A DNA stretch of 64,000 nucleotides from Promethearchaeota archaeon. Its GTDB lineage: Archaea; Asgardarchaeota; Lokiarchaeia; Sigyniarchaeales; SOKP01. The stretch is taken from the NCBI GenBank assembly GCA_048940445.1, contig JBHLON010000008.1, positions 23,134 to 87,133 on the forward strand. The letters are read 5' to 3'. Of this stretch, positions 39,961 to 51,043 are shown one piece after another; within the stretch, counting starts at the first letter, position 1, and every line of letters begins with the position of its first letter. Under the pieces are notes generated by a model. It did not search any database. It was not told the DNA's origin and worked only from the letters and a program-made list of their open reading frames with translations. A program made the translations under genes and the position numbers.

Positions 39961-40708
39961 CAATAATGCTCACCGAGGGTGTTAAAATCAATAGAAAAGT
40001 AATGATTAAGATATCAGGGGCTAAATATAATCCAGGGAAAATTAAAGCAGGTATTGACGCAAAAAGAATTGCAAATAATACAAAATCTAATTGATCAATT
40101 ATCCAAAAAGGATCCCCACTCTGAATATTCAATCTTCTTTTAAAAAAAGAGCCAACTAAATCCCCAAATGCAGCTCCATAGGAGCATAAAATTATTCTTA
40201 ATAGTATCATTAGGATCCCTACTGGGAAAGGCCCTCCAATAAAATAATATTGATAATAAATTAAATTTGAATAGACTTTATATATTCCATTTGTTATTCC
40301 AGAAAGTGGTATAACTTCAATAGCTGGCCACAGTGCTAGAAATAAAAGAAATATTCCAAAAGAAATTGGTAGACCTAGATAAAGTGGACCAAAAATAAAT
40401 CCACGCCAGGTTTTATGATTACCAAATATCCTTCGGCCATCTTTTAAAACTTTTCCCCGATCTATCGGGGAAAGGTTGCCTCCACCAAATCGTGGATGAG
40501 TTACCACCACCATACCTGCATTTGCTATATAGCCTGGGGCGATAAATAATAAACTAAAAATGAGAAGAGCAACCCAATCAGTCCACGAAAACACGAGAGA
40601 AATAATCAAAAAATTCATAATAAGTAAGCATGTGAAGCTTATAGCTAAAATCTTTGCAATGTTAATATTTCTCTTCTTAAAAGAATCAGTATTATCATTT
40701 TGAGACAT
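39914..40708 (-). CDS. carS: CDP-archaeol synthase
   Basis: PGYIAN, PIDRG..DGRRIFGNHKTWRG, GDLVGSFFKRR, DQLDF, LKGVPW. Confidence 0.93.
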   Translation of the reverse strand: MSQNDNTDSFKKRNINIAKILAISFTCLLIMNFLIISLVFSWTDWVALLIFSLLFIAPGYIANAGMVVVTHPRFGGGNLSPIDRGKVLKDGRRIFGNHKTWRGFIFGPLYLGLPISFGIFLLFLALWPAIEVIPLSGITNGIYKVYSNLIYYQYYFIGGPFPVGILMILLRIILCSYGAAFGDLVGSFFKRRLNIQSGDPFWIIDQLDFVLFAILFASIPALIFPGLYLAPDILIITFLLILTPSVSIIANTVAYLTGLKGVPW

Positions 40709-40970
40709 TTTTCTGGAACAAATTGTGAGAAAACTTAGTTAAATTAATTATTTATTAAAGTTAAATATTAGTAAAAATAAATTAGGGTAATAAATCATTA
40801 ATAATATTGTTGTATAAATAACGATCTTTTAAAAGTGAAACTGTGATATAAAAAATACAGAAAAGATATGTCAGAATATATTAATGATTTAACAGCTCTC
40901 GATTAATTTGTCGGTTAACAAATAGTGTTTAAATATTTGGCAATAATAAATATAGCATAGGTGTTATTGT

Positions 40971-42293
40971 TTGTTGACAAACTCTAAAGATAATGATAAC
41001 TACTCCTTTAATATTGATAGATTTTATAGGAATTATTTAAAGGGCCCTAAAATTTTTAGGATGCGTGAAGCTTTAGAGCCCTCATATGTTCCTGATGAAT
41101 TACCACACAGAGATAATGAGATAAGGAAAATTGCGGGAATTACAGCATGTGCATTAAACGGAGATGTACCGTTTAATTTTATATGTTATGGTAGCACAGG
41201 GACTGGAAAAACAGCAACTATAAGATATATAAGTCAAAAACTAGCTCAACATTGTGAGAAAGCACCTCCATGGTGGATTTATATTAATTGTAATATAATT
41301 TCTACACCCTATCGTATACTGGCTCATATTTTTAATACAATAGTAGGAAAAGAAAAAATACCGCCAACAGGCTTACCAAAAGATATAATTTTCAAAAAGT
41401 TATTAGGATTATTAGATGTTCGTATAAAAAATAGTGTATGTTTTCTGGTTTTGGATGAGATTGATGTTCTTATAGAAAAAAAGGGCGGAAATGAAATCTT
41501 ATATGATTTAACTAGATTAAATGAAAATTTGGATTCATGTAGATCTTGCGTAATTGGTATATCAAATAAATTAAGGTTCATGGAAAAGTTAGATTCAAGA
41601 GTCACATCAGGATTATCAGGCCAAGAACCAATAGTATTCCATCCTTATAATGCTAATGAATTAGCAGATATACTTAAACAACGATCCAAAATCGCTTTTA
41701 ATGAAGGAGTTTTGGAAGAAGGTGTTATAAAACTATGTGCTGGTTTAGCTGCAAAAGAACATGGAAATGCTAGGAAAGCTCTTCAATTACTAAGGAAGGC
41801 AGGTGAGATAGCAGAGAGAAAGCAACATAAAGTAATCTCAGAATCGGATGTTTCTAGTGCTCAAGAAAATCTTGAAAAAGATCATATTGTAGAATATATA
41901 CTTTCTATGCCACTTCAGGCTCAATTGACTCTAGCAGCAATCTATATCTTAAAAAAGTTTGGAAAAGATCATATTATTACTTCTGGAGAAGTATATGAAA
42001 CACACTCAGAATTAACTAACCTATTACCCGGTGTGAAACAATTAACACAGAGGAGGATAAGTGATTATATTAATGAATTAGCTTTAGCAGGGATAATAAG
42101 TGCTAGTACAAAATCTATGGGACATTATGGTAGGACAAAATTAATTAACATTGATATAGAAATAGATATAATTGAACGAAGTTTATCACAAATAAAAAAG
42201 ATAAGAATAAGTGGCATTCTAAATTATAAACCAATTATCTTACAAGGAGATAAGGTAAAGATCAAGAATAATGTATTTAGAAAGCTGCTTTAG
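40971..42293 (+). CDS. cdc6: Orc1/Cdc6 replication initiator
   Basis: YVPDELPHRD, GSTGTGKT, YINC, LDEID, PYNANEL, HGNAR, GRT wHTH. Confidence 0.96.
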   Translation: MLTNSKDNDNYSFNIDRFYRNYLKGPKIFRMREALEPSYVPDELPHRDNEIRKIAGITACALNGDVPFNFICYGSTGTGKTATIRYISQKLAQHCEKAPPWWIYINCNIISTPYRILAHIFNTIVGKEKIPPTGLPKDIIFKKLLGLLDVRIKNSVCFLVLDEIDVLIEKKGGNEILYDLTRLNENLDSCRSCVIGISNKLRFMEKLDSRVTSGLSGQEPIVFHPYNANELADILKQRSKIAFNEGVLEEGVIKLCAGLAAKEHGNARKALQLLRKAGEIAERKQHKVISESDVSSAQENLEKDHIVEYILSMPLQAQLTLAAIYILKKFGKDHIITSGEVYETHSELTNLLPGVKQLTQRRISDYINELALAGIISASTKSMGHYGRTKLINIDIEIDIIERSLSQIKKIRISGILNYKPIILQGDKVKIKNNVFRKLL

Positions 42294-42973
42294 TTTGAAA
42301 AGTCCCATTCCTCAATTTCTACAGAAATCTTCTTAAGGAGAGAAACTGATGATATTTCATCTTTTTCTTTTAATAGTAAAAATAACCTGACAAGATGTTT
42401 GCAAAATCTTTTCTCTTTCGATTTCCTTGTTTGGAAATCATGGCAGTTATGCATTATACTTTTGTTATTTGAATCTATCTCAATTATATACGGTTGATCT
42501 TCAGATCCCCTGACAGATGCTTTTATCAAACCCTTATTTAAATTAATTAATTGAAATTTAAATGCTGATCCCAAAATACTAACAGCTCGATTAAGAGTTG
42601 GTTTATCTGAAAAACCTTTTAAGAGTATATTAAATTCACTCTTGTTATTTTGTTGAAATTGATACTCTAGTTCATTTTGCCTTTTTATAGAATTAATTTT
42701 TTGCAAGATCTCACTCTTTCTGTTCTCTTGCCAACCTTTAAGTTCTAAACTTAAGTTCTCAGATAATCGTAGATTGTTATTATCATCTTGAATAAGATAT
42801 TTTCTCTTAATAGCATTTGTAATAAATTCTTCTGCCTCTTTAGGATTATATAAAAATAATTCAAAGGAGATTATGTAAAGGAGGTCATTAAATGAAATGT
42901 ATGGAAGATTTATGATTTTCCATATATACAGAACCATATCCGAAATTTTTTGCCTGGGAATTGAGAAAGACAT
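42290..42973 (-). CDS. SWIM zinc-finger protein
   Basis: VRGS...Y.I, HNCHDF...FCKH. Confidence 0.8.
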   Translation of the reverse strand: MSFSIPRQKISDMVLYIWKIINLPYISFNDLLYIISFELFLYNPKEAEEFITNAIKRKYLIQDDNNNLRLSENLSLELKGWQENRKSEILQKINSIKRQNELEYQFQQNNKSEFNILLKGFSDKPTLNRAVSILGSAFKFQLINLNKGLIKASVRGSEDQPYIIEIDSNNKSIMHNCHDFQTRKSKEKRFCKHLVRLFLLLKEKDEISSVSLLKKISVEIEEWDFSN

Positions 42974-43006
42974 AGAAATTTGGCCTAAAATGCTAATGTA
43001 TAATAA

Positions 43007-44722
43007 TTAATAATTACTTTTTAAGTCTAGTTCAAATGCTTTTAAATTATCTAACTGAATAATTGGCACGATTCCAGGTGTTGGATTAATCCCAAAGCTC
43101 TTCATAAAATCTGTCTGAGCTTGAAAGCATCCAGAATTAATTAATGTTACATTATTATACTTCCCTATTCCATTTATATGAATATGTCCCGTATGAAAAA
43201 TATCTGGAATACTATCTATCACTAGCCAATCTGTTTCCATGGGAGCTATTTGTGTCTTTTCTCCATATACTGGAGCTAAGTGTCTACAAATTAGGAGTTC
43301 TTTCATTGCATCGACGGGTTTATTAATATCTAATTCATGAATCAGTAAATTTAAATCATGAATACTTTCACCATGATAAATAAGTGTATTGACATTATGA
43401 GTTTTAAGTAAAGATGGATTTCCTAAACATGAAACATTTATATTTAGTAAATCTTGACAATATTTTTTAGGGACTGCGGGTCTAGGAATTGCGTTTCTTA
43501 CCGGTTCATGATTACCAGAAATGTAAAATATTTTTATATAATTAGGAATTTCAGTTAGAAATTCAAGTGCTTTTTTAAATTGATCATAAATATCAGAAAT
43601 TACTAAGTCTTTTTGTTGATTAGGGTAAACTCCTATTCCATCCACTAAATCTCCATTTATTATAATATATTTTACCTTTCCAGCTATTTCTCTTAACTTC
43701 TTATTTCCTATCTTTCCATTCAAAAAATTGATAAATCTTTTAAATAACGGTTCTTCGAATTCTTTACTACCAATGTGAGTGTCAGAAATTAAAGCAATGG
43801 AAAGAGGATCTAAAGATTTATTTGGTTGATAATCCGTGGGTATATCTATTTTTGAAACATAATTAGCAAAAATAATTCCCTTATTAAATTTATCACCCGC
43901 ATTATATACCCCTCTAACATATATCAGTTGATCATAAATAGCTTTCTTAATAGTTTTTATAGAATCTTGATCTTCTAAATCTTGTCTTACAAGAACATTG
44001 ATGATACCGGTCAAATCTTCTAAAGCTATTAAATAATTTCCACTTTTAGTTTGGCGTATATCCTTAATTAAACCGGTTAGAGAGATTTCATTATCTTTTG
44101 AAAACTCAGTAAGATTCCTAATTTTAAATGCTGAGCGCAAATCAAATCTTCTTTTCATGAGTGCTTCTAATTTTTCAAATTTGCTCAAGGTCAATTTATA
44201 AAAATCTGAATATTCTCCATTTGTATACATCTTTCCTGTTGGATCTTTAAGTATTTCAAATTCTGGCTCAAAATCCTTAGCACTAGGAGAAAATCTTATG
44301 GTTGATTTTCCTGCCCCGTAATCAAGCTTTAAATCAGCAGTTCTTTTTGAATCCATTGTAGTGTTAGGCTTCTGTAATTGAGACTTTATTTCATTAGATT
44401 GTGTCTTGGTTATATCATTAATTCCTTGAGTATTGGTTTCAATCGTGAGGATTTTAGGTTTTTTCTGATCATTTCCTTCCTTTTTAAAAACTCGTTTTAG
44501 TACTCTTTGTAATTCTTGATTTGAAATTTTATGGATAATATTTTCTGTTATATGACTATTGAAATCTGGTGTAAAGCTTAGCTCTTTAATTAATAAATTT
44601 AAAATTTTTAGAGGATTTTCTAAGTTTAAAATACGTCCCAAGCTTTCAGGTGTTATATTAATTCCTGAATTAGCTAAAGTATTAATTAGAATCCGTTTTT
44701 TCTCTATTAAATCCTTCTGCAA
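43007..44722 (-). CDS. polB: DNA polymerase D small subunit DP1
   Basis: OB fold; SDTHIGS, GDLVDG, GNHE, YHG, RHLAP, HTGHIH, NSGCFQ. Confidence 0.95.
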   Translation of the reverse strand: MQKDLIEKKRILINTLANSGINITPESLGRILNLENPLKILNLLIKELSFTPDFNSHITENIIHKISNQELQRVLKRVFKKEGNDQKKPKILTIETNTQGINDITKTQSNEIKSQLQKPNTTMDSKRTADLKLDYGAGKSTIRFSPSAKDFEPEFEILKDPTGKMYTNGEYSDFYKLTLSKFEKLEALMKRRFDLRSAFKIRNLTEFSKDNEISLTGLIKDIRQTKSGNYLIALEDLTGIINVLVRQDLEDQDSIKTIKKAIYDQLIYVRGVYNAGDKFNKGIIFANYVSKIDIPTDYQPNKSLDPLSIALISDTHIGSKEFEEPLFKRFINFLNGKIGNKKLREIAGKVKYIIINGDLVDGIGVYPNQQKDLVISDIYDQFKKALEFLTEIPNYIKIFYISGNHEPVRNAIPRPAVPKKYCQDLLNINVSCLGNPSLLKTHNVNTLIYHGESIHDLNLLIHELDINKPVDAMKELLICRHLAPVYGEKTQIAPMETDWLVIDSIPDIFHTGHIHINGIGKYNNVTLINSGCFQAQTDFMKSFGINPTPGIVPIIQLDNLKAFELDLKSNY

Positions 44723-44798
44723 TTATATCTCTTCCTAGTTAAATTTATAATATTAATATCGAGACAAAATTTAATTGTTTATTATTAAAGAAAAAACA

Positions 44799-44829
44799 AA
44801 ACACTCCTTTTTATAACTAGGGAGTGTTT
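44799..44829. promoter_or_regulatory. Inverted repeat AAACACTCC-N13-GGAGTGTTT between divergent DP1 and DP2
   Basis: Perfect 9-bp arms, GC-richer than the AT-rich surroundings; function inferred. Confidence 0.4.
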
Positions 44830-44996
44830 AAAATATCAAGTTAATAAGTTATTAATTGATTTTAGAAATCCTATATCTCTATCAATTAATATACATAAAA
44901 TCAATTAGCGTATTAATAAATTAATTTATTTGGTATATTATTATTTAAAGGATTAGTTTTTCCTTCTAATATTTTACTTTTCAAAGTTGATTTAAA

Positions 44997-47900
44997 ATGG
45001 TTGAGATGAGCAACGAAATAGAGAGATATTTTTCAATGATTCAAAATCAAGTTGATAAATGTTATGCAATAGCAGAAATGGCAAGGAAGAAAGGTTTAGA
45101 TCCAGAAATGTTTGTGGAGTGTCCCCAAGCAAAAGATTTAGCTGGAAGAGTGGAAAAGCTTGTAGGACCAGATGGTGTTGCCGAAATTATTAGGAAACTA
45201 AAAAGTCAGGGAAAAAATGATGATGAGATAGTATTTCAAGTAGTTACTGATATATTGGATCAGAAAGTAGGAGATATCCAAGCATTAGAGGAAAGAGTGG
45301 AAAGAGCGATTAGAGTTGGTTTAGCTATAAAAACTATGGGAGTTGTTAGCGCTCCTTTGGAAGGAATATCAAAGATACTTGTTCGAACAGATAAACAAGG
45401 TAATAAGTATTTATCCCTTTATTTTGCAGGACCAATAAGAGCTGCAGGAGGAACCACAGCAGCATTATGTGTTTTAATTGCAGATTATGTCAGAGAAAAA
45501 ACAAAAATACCTAAATATGAGGCTACAGAAGCTGAAGTTGGTAGGTATGTAGAAGAAATTAAGTTATATGACCGAAGAGTTCACTTGCAATATCCTTCAT
45601 CTAATGATGAAATTAGGTATGCCGTAAAACACTTACCAGTTGAAATTAATGGTGACTCAACAGAAGAAGAAGAAGTTTCAGCTTTTCGAAATTTACCGAG
45701 AATTAATACAAATAAAATTCGTGGAGGTGCCTGTTTAGTTTTAAATGATGGAATTTTGTTAAAGGCACCAAAATTGTTAAAGATAGCAACCGCAATGAAT
45801 TTAAAAGGTTGGGAATGGTTAGGTGATCTTAACAAAATTGGAAGTAAAGGAGAACGTAAGAATAAAGTAAAAAAGAAAGATCTGATAGAGAAAGAACAGG
45901 TTAAAGTCCCTCCTAACTCAAAGTACGTTGCTGATATTATTGCTGGAAGACCTGTTTTTAGTCACCCTTCAAGAGTAGGAGGGCATAGGATAAGATACGG
46001 TCGATGCAGAAATACTGGTTTAGCTGCTGCAGGTATTCATCCTGCTACAATGGGCATTTTAGATAATTTTATCTCCATAGGAACTCAATTAAGGACTGAA
46101 AGGCCTGGTAAAAGTGCAAGCGTTTGCCCTGTTACTTCTATTGAGCCTCCAATCATCAAATTAAAGAATGGAAATGTAACCAAAGTAAAAAATTATGATC
46201 TAGCAGTTAGATATTTTCCCCTAATTGAAAAAATATTATTTCTTGGAGATATTCTTTTTAGTTATGGAGAATTTGCCGAAAACAATCATTTGTTAATTCC
46301 TTCTGGTTATGTTGAAGAATGGTGGGCATTAGATTTAGAAAAAGCAGTCATGAAGAGTCATAATTTAGATCAAAAGATAAAAGATTATGTAAATGACCCA
46401 TTTCAATTTAAACCTTCTGCTGAGGAAGCTATAAAATTATCACTAACTCATAAGATTCCTTTACATCCTTACTATACTGATTTTTGGGGAAACATTTCTA
46501 TAGAGGAGTTATTTCTGTTAAGAAAAGCATTTTTATCAGGTTTTTCAAAAACAGAAGATAAATTTTTCCTAGAAAATAATAAGGATGTTAAAGATATTTT
46601 AGAGAAGTGTTTTATCCTTCATAAAATTAAGGATAACAAAATTTCATTTAATAAAGAGATGAATAAAGTATACAAGGTATTATTTTGTCCAGAAAAAAGT
46701 GAAATAATGGAGTTAGATAAGGAAGATGTTTTTAGTTATTTCTATAGACTATCTTCTATAATAGTAAAGGACAAAGCCCCTCACTTTATGGGTACCAGGA
46801 TGGGGAGGCCTGAAAAATCTGAAAGAAAAAGTATGAAGGGGGTTCATACTTTATTTCCACTAAGCAATAAAGTAGGAAATTCAAGATTAGTTGAAAAAGC
46901 GATGAATCTGAAAAAAATAAAGATAGATGTATGCAGAAGGTTATGTCCAAAATGTAGTAATGTAAGTATATTTAATATTTGTCCCAATTGCAATACTCAT
47001 ACTGATTTAAAATCAATCTGTTTAAAATGTAAGAGGCTATATTCAGCAACGGATCCCCAAGAGAACAATTTATGCCCAAATTGCCATGAAGTGTTGAAAT
47101 CTTCAAGCGAGGCTCTATTTGATATTAAGTCCTATCTAGATTCAGTATTAGACTCACTTCAGATTTCTTTACCAAAGAAGTTAAAAGGTATTTTTGGTCT
47201 AACTAATACTTTTAAAGTTCCAGAACCTATAGAAAAAGGAATTTTAAGAGCTAAAAATGATGTTTTAGTTTATAAAACTGCTGAAGTAAGGTATGATGCT
47301 ACAGATATCCCTTTAACTCATTTCAAAGCTGATGAAGTTGGTGTTTCCGTTGAAAAGTTAAGAGATTTAGGTTATACTCTTGATTTCAAAGGAGACTCAA
47401 TATTAAATAGCGATCAAATTATTGAATTAAAAGTACAAGATGTTATCATCTCGAACGATTGTGCTAATTACTTAGTTAAAGTTTCAAAGTTTTTAGATGA
47501 TGAATTAGAATATTTCTATAAAATGGATAGATTTTATAATATTTCTGAAAAAGAAGACTTAATTGGTCACTTAATAGTAGGATTAGCACCTCATACAAGT
47601 GCCGGAGTTATAGGTCGTATTGTTGGATTTTCTCCTGCAAGGTCTACTTATGCCCATCCCTATTGGCATGCTGCTAAAAGAAGAAATTGCGATGGAGATG
47701 AAGATGGGATCATGTTGCTTTTAGATCCTTTAATGAATTTTTCTCGGTATTATTTGCCTAGTAAAATTGGGGGTAGAATGGATGCTACATTAGTTATCGG
47801 AACATTACTTGATCCAAATGAAATTGATGTAGAAGCTCATAACATAGATACCTTATATAGATATCCTTTAGAGTTTTATGAAGCAACTGAAAAATATAGT

Positions 47901-48446
47901 TCACCTTCGGTAATTGAAAATTTAATGGGACTTGTGAAAAGTCGATTAGGTTCTCCAGAACAATATGAAAATATTGGGTTTAATATACCAACTGAAGATA
48001 TCAATGAGGGGTCGACTATAACAGCTTATAAAACTTACGAATCTATGGATAGTAAAATAGATGCCCAATTATATCTTGCTAAAATTATTAAGGCGGTAAA
48101 TGCTAAAAAAGTTGCGGAAAAAATATTAATGTCTCACTTCAATCCAGATATTTTAGGTAATTTAAGAAAATTTTCTGTTCAAGAATTTAGATGTGTGAAA
48201 TGTAATGAAAAGTTTAGAAGACCTCCTATTTCTAATTCAGGAAACTGTACTAAATGTGGTAATAGAGTCATATTAACAGTTAATAGAGGGGGAATTGAAA
48301 AATATATTCCTCGCGCTATTAAACTATGCAAAAATTTTAATCTAGATAAATACACAGTCCAGAGAATGGAATTAGTTGAAGATTATGTTGAAAGTCTAAC
48401 TAATAATCCCAGAATTAAACAACAAAAGCTTTCCGATTTTTTTTAA
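44997..48446 (+). CDS. polC: DNA polymerase D large subunit DP2
   Basis: APLEGI, AGPIRAAGGT, AGRPVF, HAAKRRNCDGDED, C-terminal zinc finger; no intein evident. Confidence 0.97.
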   Translation: MVEMSNEIERYFSMIQNQVDKCYAIAEMARKKGLDPEMFVECPQAKDLAGRVEKLVGPDGVAEIIRKLKSQGKNDDEIVFQVVTDILDQKVGDIQALEERVERAIRVGLAIKTMGVVSAPLEGISKILVRTDKQGNKYLSLYFAGPIRAAGGTTAALCVLIADYVREKTKIPKYEATEAEVGRYVEEIKLYDRRVHLQYPSSNDEIRYAVKHLPVEINGDSTEEEEVSAFRNLPRINTNKIRGGACLVLNDGILLKAPKLLKIATAMNLKGWEWLGDLNKIGSKGERKNKVKKKDLIEKEQVKVPPNSKYVADIIAGRPVFSHPSRVGGHRIRYGRCRNTGLAAAGIHPATMGILDNFISIGTQLRTERPGKSASVCPVTSIEPPIIKLKNGNVTKVKNYDLAVRYFPLIEKILFLGDILFSYGEFAENNHLLIPSGYVEEWWALDLEKAVMKSHNLDQKIKDYVNDPFQFKPSAEEAIKLSLTHKIPLHPYYTDFWGNISIEELFLLRKAFLSGFSKTEDKFFLENNKDVKDILEKCFILHKIKDNKISFNKEMNKVYKVLFCPEKSEIMELDKEDVFSYFYRLSSIIVKDKAPHFMGTRMGRPEKSERKSMKGVHTLFPLSNKVGNSRLVEKAMNLKKIKIDVCRRLCPKCSNVSIFNICPNCNTHTDLKSICLKCKRLYSATDPQENNLCPNCHEVLKSSSEALFDIKSYLDSVLDSLQISLPKKLKGIFGLTNTFKVPEPIEKGILRAKNDVLVYKTAEVRYDATDIPLTHFKADEVGVSVEKLRDLGYTLDFKGDSILNSDQIIELKVQDVIISNDCANYLVKVSKFLDDELEYFYKMDRFYNISEKEDLIGHLIVGLAPHTSAGVIGRIVGFSPARSTYAHPYWHAAKRRNCDGDEDGIMLLLDPLMNFSRYYLPSKIGGRMDATLVIGTLLDPNEIDVEAHNIDTLYRYPLEFYEATEKYSSPSVIENLMGLVKSRLGSPEQYENIGFNIPTEDINEGSTITAYKTYESMDSKIDAQLYLAKIIKAVNAKKVAEKILMSHFNPDILGNLRKFSVQEFRCVKCNEKFRRPPISNSGNCTKCGNRVILTVNRGGIEKYIPRAIKLCKNFNLDKYTVQRMELVEDYVESLTNNPRIKQQKLSDFF

Positions 48447-49645
48447 ATCGATTTATTTAAGTCTATAGTTTTCAAGGTTTCATAACATATTTCTAAACAA
48501 CCACTTAAATTTTTTAAATATATTCTTTTAGGAGTATCCTTCGAAGAATGAATATATTTGGAATCTTTTGCTGTATGGAAGCAAGCTACTTGTAATTTTG
48601 TTTTTGTTTTTTTAGCAAATTTCTTAAATGAGATATGATCAGTTCCGGGTCTAATTAATCTATTGTAACTCACAATAGGAATCTTATTTTTAAGTGCTGA
48701 GGCAATTATTATGTTGTTTAAATTTCTATTAAGTCTTTTTTTAAAAATACCTGTTTTATTAATAAGACCGATATAAGAGCCAACCATATCAACATTTATG
48801 GCAAAAGATTCGTCAAGATCATAGATTTCTTCAAATTCCTCTCTGTGTTTTTTTAGAAATCTATTTGCTCCTATTAGTCCCCATTCTTCAGCTCCGCTCC
48901 ATAGAATGATTACATCATAATTTTTAGGTGGATTTCTTTTCAGGATTTTCATTAATTCAAGTAATATTGAAACACCAGATGCATTATCGATTGAGCCTTT
49001 AGATTTCTTATTATCATAAATTAAAAGAAAAATCAAAATGATTATCCCAAACTCAATTATGGTTGTGATAAATATAAATGAATTAAGAGACTCTTCTACA
49101 TATATATATAAACCAAATACATTAGCAACTACTAATATAGAAGTAAATATTAAAATTGTAAAGTAAGGAACTATTATCATTCTAAAGATGAAGAATAAGA
49201 TATTCTGTAACCTATAGGGTGCTGCTGCCGAAAAAGAATCATAATGCGCACATAAAAAGATAACGGGTCTTCTTTCTTTTGTGTTATTGACTGAAATATT
49301 AGTGTAAATGTTTCTAGATTCTTCTTTTTGAATTAATGAATATTTACGAAGTTTTGGAAAGAGGTATTTTATTGCAAAAAAAGAAACTAAAATTAAAAGA
49401 GTCTGAATATGTAATATAAAATATATTATGAAAATCACATAAAAAAGCCTCATTAACGCTCTTTTTGGACCAGTCCAATCAAAAAATTCTATTGTAGGGG
49501 TCAGATTTTCATTTCGTATCGCATCCTCAAGATAAATGAGAGCTTTTGTTTCTCCATTTGTTGTTGCGGTGCGACTATAAGATAATTCATATATATGATC
49601 AAGTAATGCTATTTCTTCATATAATTTACTTTCCAAAATTGTCAT
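48443..49645 (-). CDS. Membrane M28-family metallopeptidase
   Basis: AHYDS, DNASG, GAEEWG, NVDM, TDH, IHS. Confidence 0.88.
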   Translation of the reverse strand: MTILESKLYEEIALLDHIYELSYSRTATTNGETKALIYLEDAIRNENLTPTIEFFDWTGPKRALMRLFYVIFIIYFILHIQTLLILVSFFAIKYLFPKLRKYSLIQKEESRNIYTNISVNNTKERRPVIFLCAHYDSFSAAAPYRLQNILFFIFRMIIVPYFTILIFTSILVVANVFGLYIYVEESLNSFIFITTIIEFGIIILIFLLIYDNKKSKGSIDNASGVSILLELMKILKRNPPKNYDVIILWSGAEEWGLIGANRFLKKHREEFEEIYDLDESFAINVDMVGSYIGLINKTGIFKKRLNRNLNNIIIASALKNKIPIVSYNRLIRPGTDHISFKKFAKKTKTKLQVACFHTAKDSKYIHSSKDTPKRIYLKNLSGCLEICYETLKTIDLNKSI

Positions 49646-49738
49646 ATCATACTCTGAATATTTTGGGAAACTTATGTAAGTTATGGTTTTTAATAATAAG
49701 TAAGATCTTATTTTTAGAAAAAAATGTCCATATGAAAA

Positions 49739-49823
49739 TGCAGGGGGAGGGATTTGAACCCTCGAACTCCTATGAGACTAGAGCCTCGGTCTAGCACCGT
49801 TGACCAGGCTTGGCTACCCCTGC
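49739..49823 (-). tRNA. tRNA-Leu(GAG)
   Basis: Cloverleaf GCAGGGG/CCCCTGC, long variable arm, anticodon loop CCGAGGC. Confidence 0.9.
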
Positions 49824-50028
49824 TAAAACTAAATTCTAAAATCAATATAATAGGATAAATTAATAATATTTATCATTAAAAGTTATTGAAATAAAAATAT
49901 TCGACGTTTTAAAAATTTATTTTCACTTCTACTTTCAAAAAAATTTTTATTAGAACGTGGCTAACTAGTTATATAATTTATAAAATTCGTTTTTCAACAT
50001 TCTCTAATTGCATAAAGTGTTTTAGATT

Positions 50029-51039
50029 TTGTCAATTGATACTAAAAAGTTGAAGGCATTATTACAATGGTATTCTCAAAGTATAGAAGATTTAATTGCA
50101 GTTCTTGTAGTTAACAGACAAGGACTAGTAATTGATGCTTTAACAAAATCATCAGAAAAGAGTTTAGATGAAGAGATCTTAGGAGGAGTCAGTGCATTAG
50201 TTGAGCCTGTATTAACGAGAATCACTGAAGAATTTAGTTCTGGTTCTTTTGGAACAGGAACCTTTGATACAGAGGATTACAGACTGATTTTTTGTGAAGC
50301 TGGCCCTGAAGCAGTTTTGGTGACAATTTTAGATGCAATTGCCGGAGTAGATCCGATATTTCCATATGCCTATTTAGCAGCAGAAAAAATTGCTCGGATT
50401 TTTGATGGTCGTTCAGTAAGTCCTGTTATTCCAAAACTTATAACTAAAGAAGATTCTAAACATATTCAAAGAAAAGTAGATAAACTTCAAAAGGTTAAAA
50501 TTAAGTCCGGTGAATACGCATTTAAATTAATATTAGGAGGAGATGGCAATGTGGGGAAAACTAGTATGGTACACAGGTTTGTAGAGAACACTTTTGCCTC
50601 AGATTACAAATCTACAATAGGAACTTCAATTATGAAAAAAGAATGTAATTTTGAAGGTTTACAAAGTATTGTACGCTTTACAATTTGGGATTTAGCTGGT
50701 CAGGCTCAATTTAAAAGAGTTAGATTGTCTTATTTAGCGAATGCTAAGGCAGGAATATTAGTTTTTGATGTGACTAGTAAAACATCCTTTGAAAATCTTG
50801 AAAATTGGTTTAATGAAATAATAAAATCCTCCCCAAGCGTTTCATTAATATTAGTAGGAAATAAAATTGACTTAGAAGATGAGAGAGTGATTTCCACTGC
50901 AGAGGGCGAAAGAATGGCGAAGAAACTCAATTTATCATATATTGAAACTTCTGCCAAAACTGGAGAAAATATAAATGATGCTTTTAGAACACTAGCTTTA
51001 CAAATAATAAATAAATATCTAACGGCTGAGGATATATAA
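50029..51039 (+). CDS. Roadblock/LC7 domain fused to Rab-like small GTPase
   Basis: N-terminal roadblock fold; GDGNVGKTS, STIG, WDLAGQ, NKID, ETSAK. Confidence 0.92.
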   Translation: MSIDTKKLKALLQWYSQSIEDLIAVLVVNRQGLVIDALTKSSEKSLDEEILGGVSALVEPVLTRITEEFSSGSFGTGTFDTEDYRLIFCEAGPEAVLVTILDAIAGVDPIFPYAYLAAEKIARIFDGRSVSPVIPKLITKEDSKHIQRKVDKLQKVKIKSGEYAFKLILGGDGNVGKTSMVHRFVENTFASDYKSTIGTSIMKKECNFEGLQSIVRFTIWDLAGQAQFKRVRLSYLANAKAGILVFDVTSKTSFENLENWFNEIIKSSPSVSLILVGNKIDLEDERVISTAEGERMAKKLNLSYIETSAKTGENINDAFRTLALQIINKYLTAEDI

Positions 51040-51043
51040 TTAA

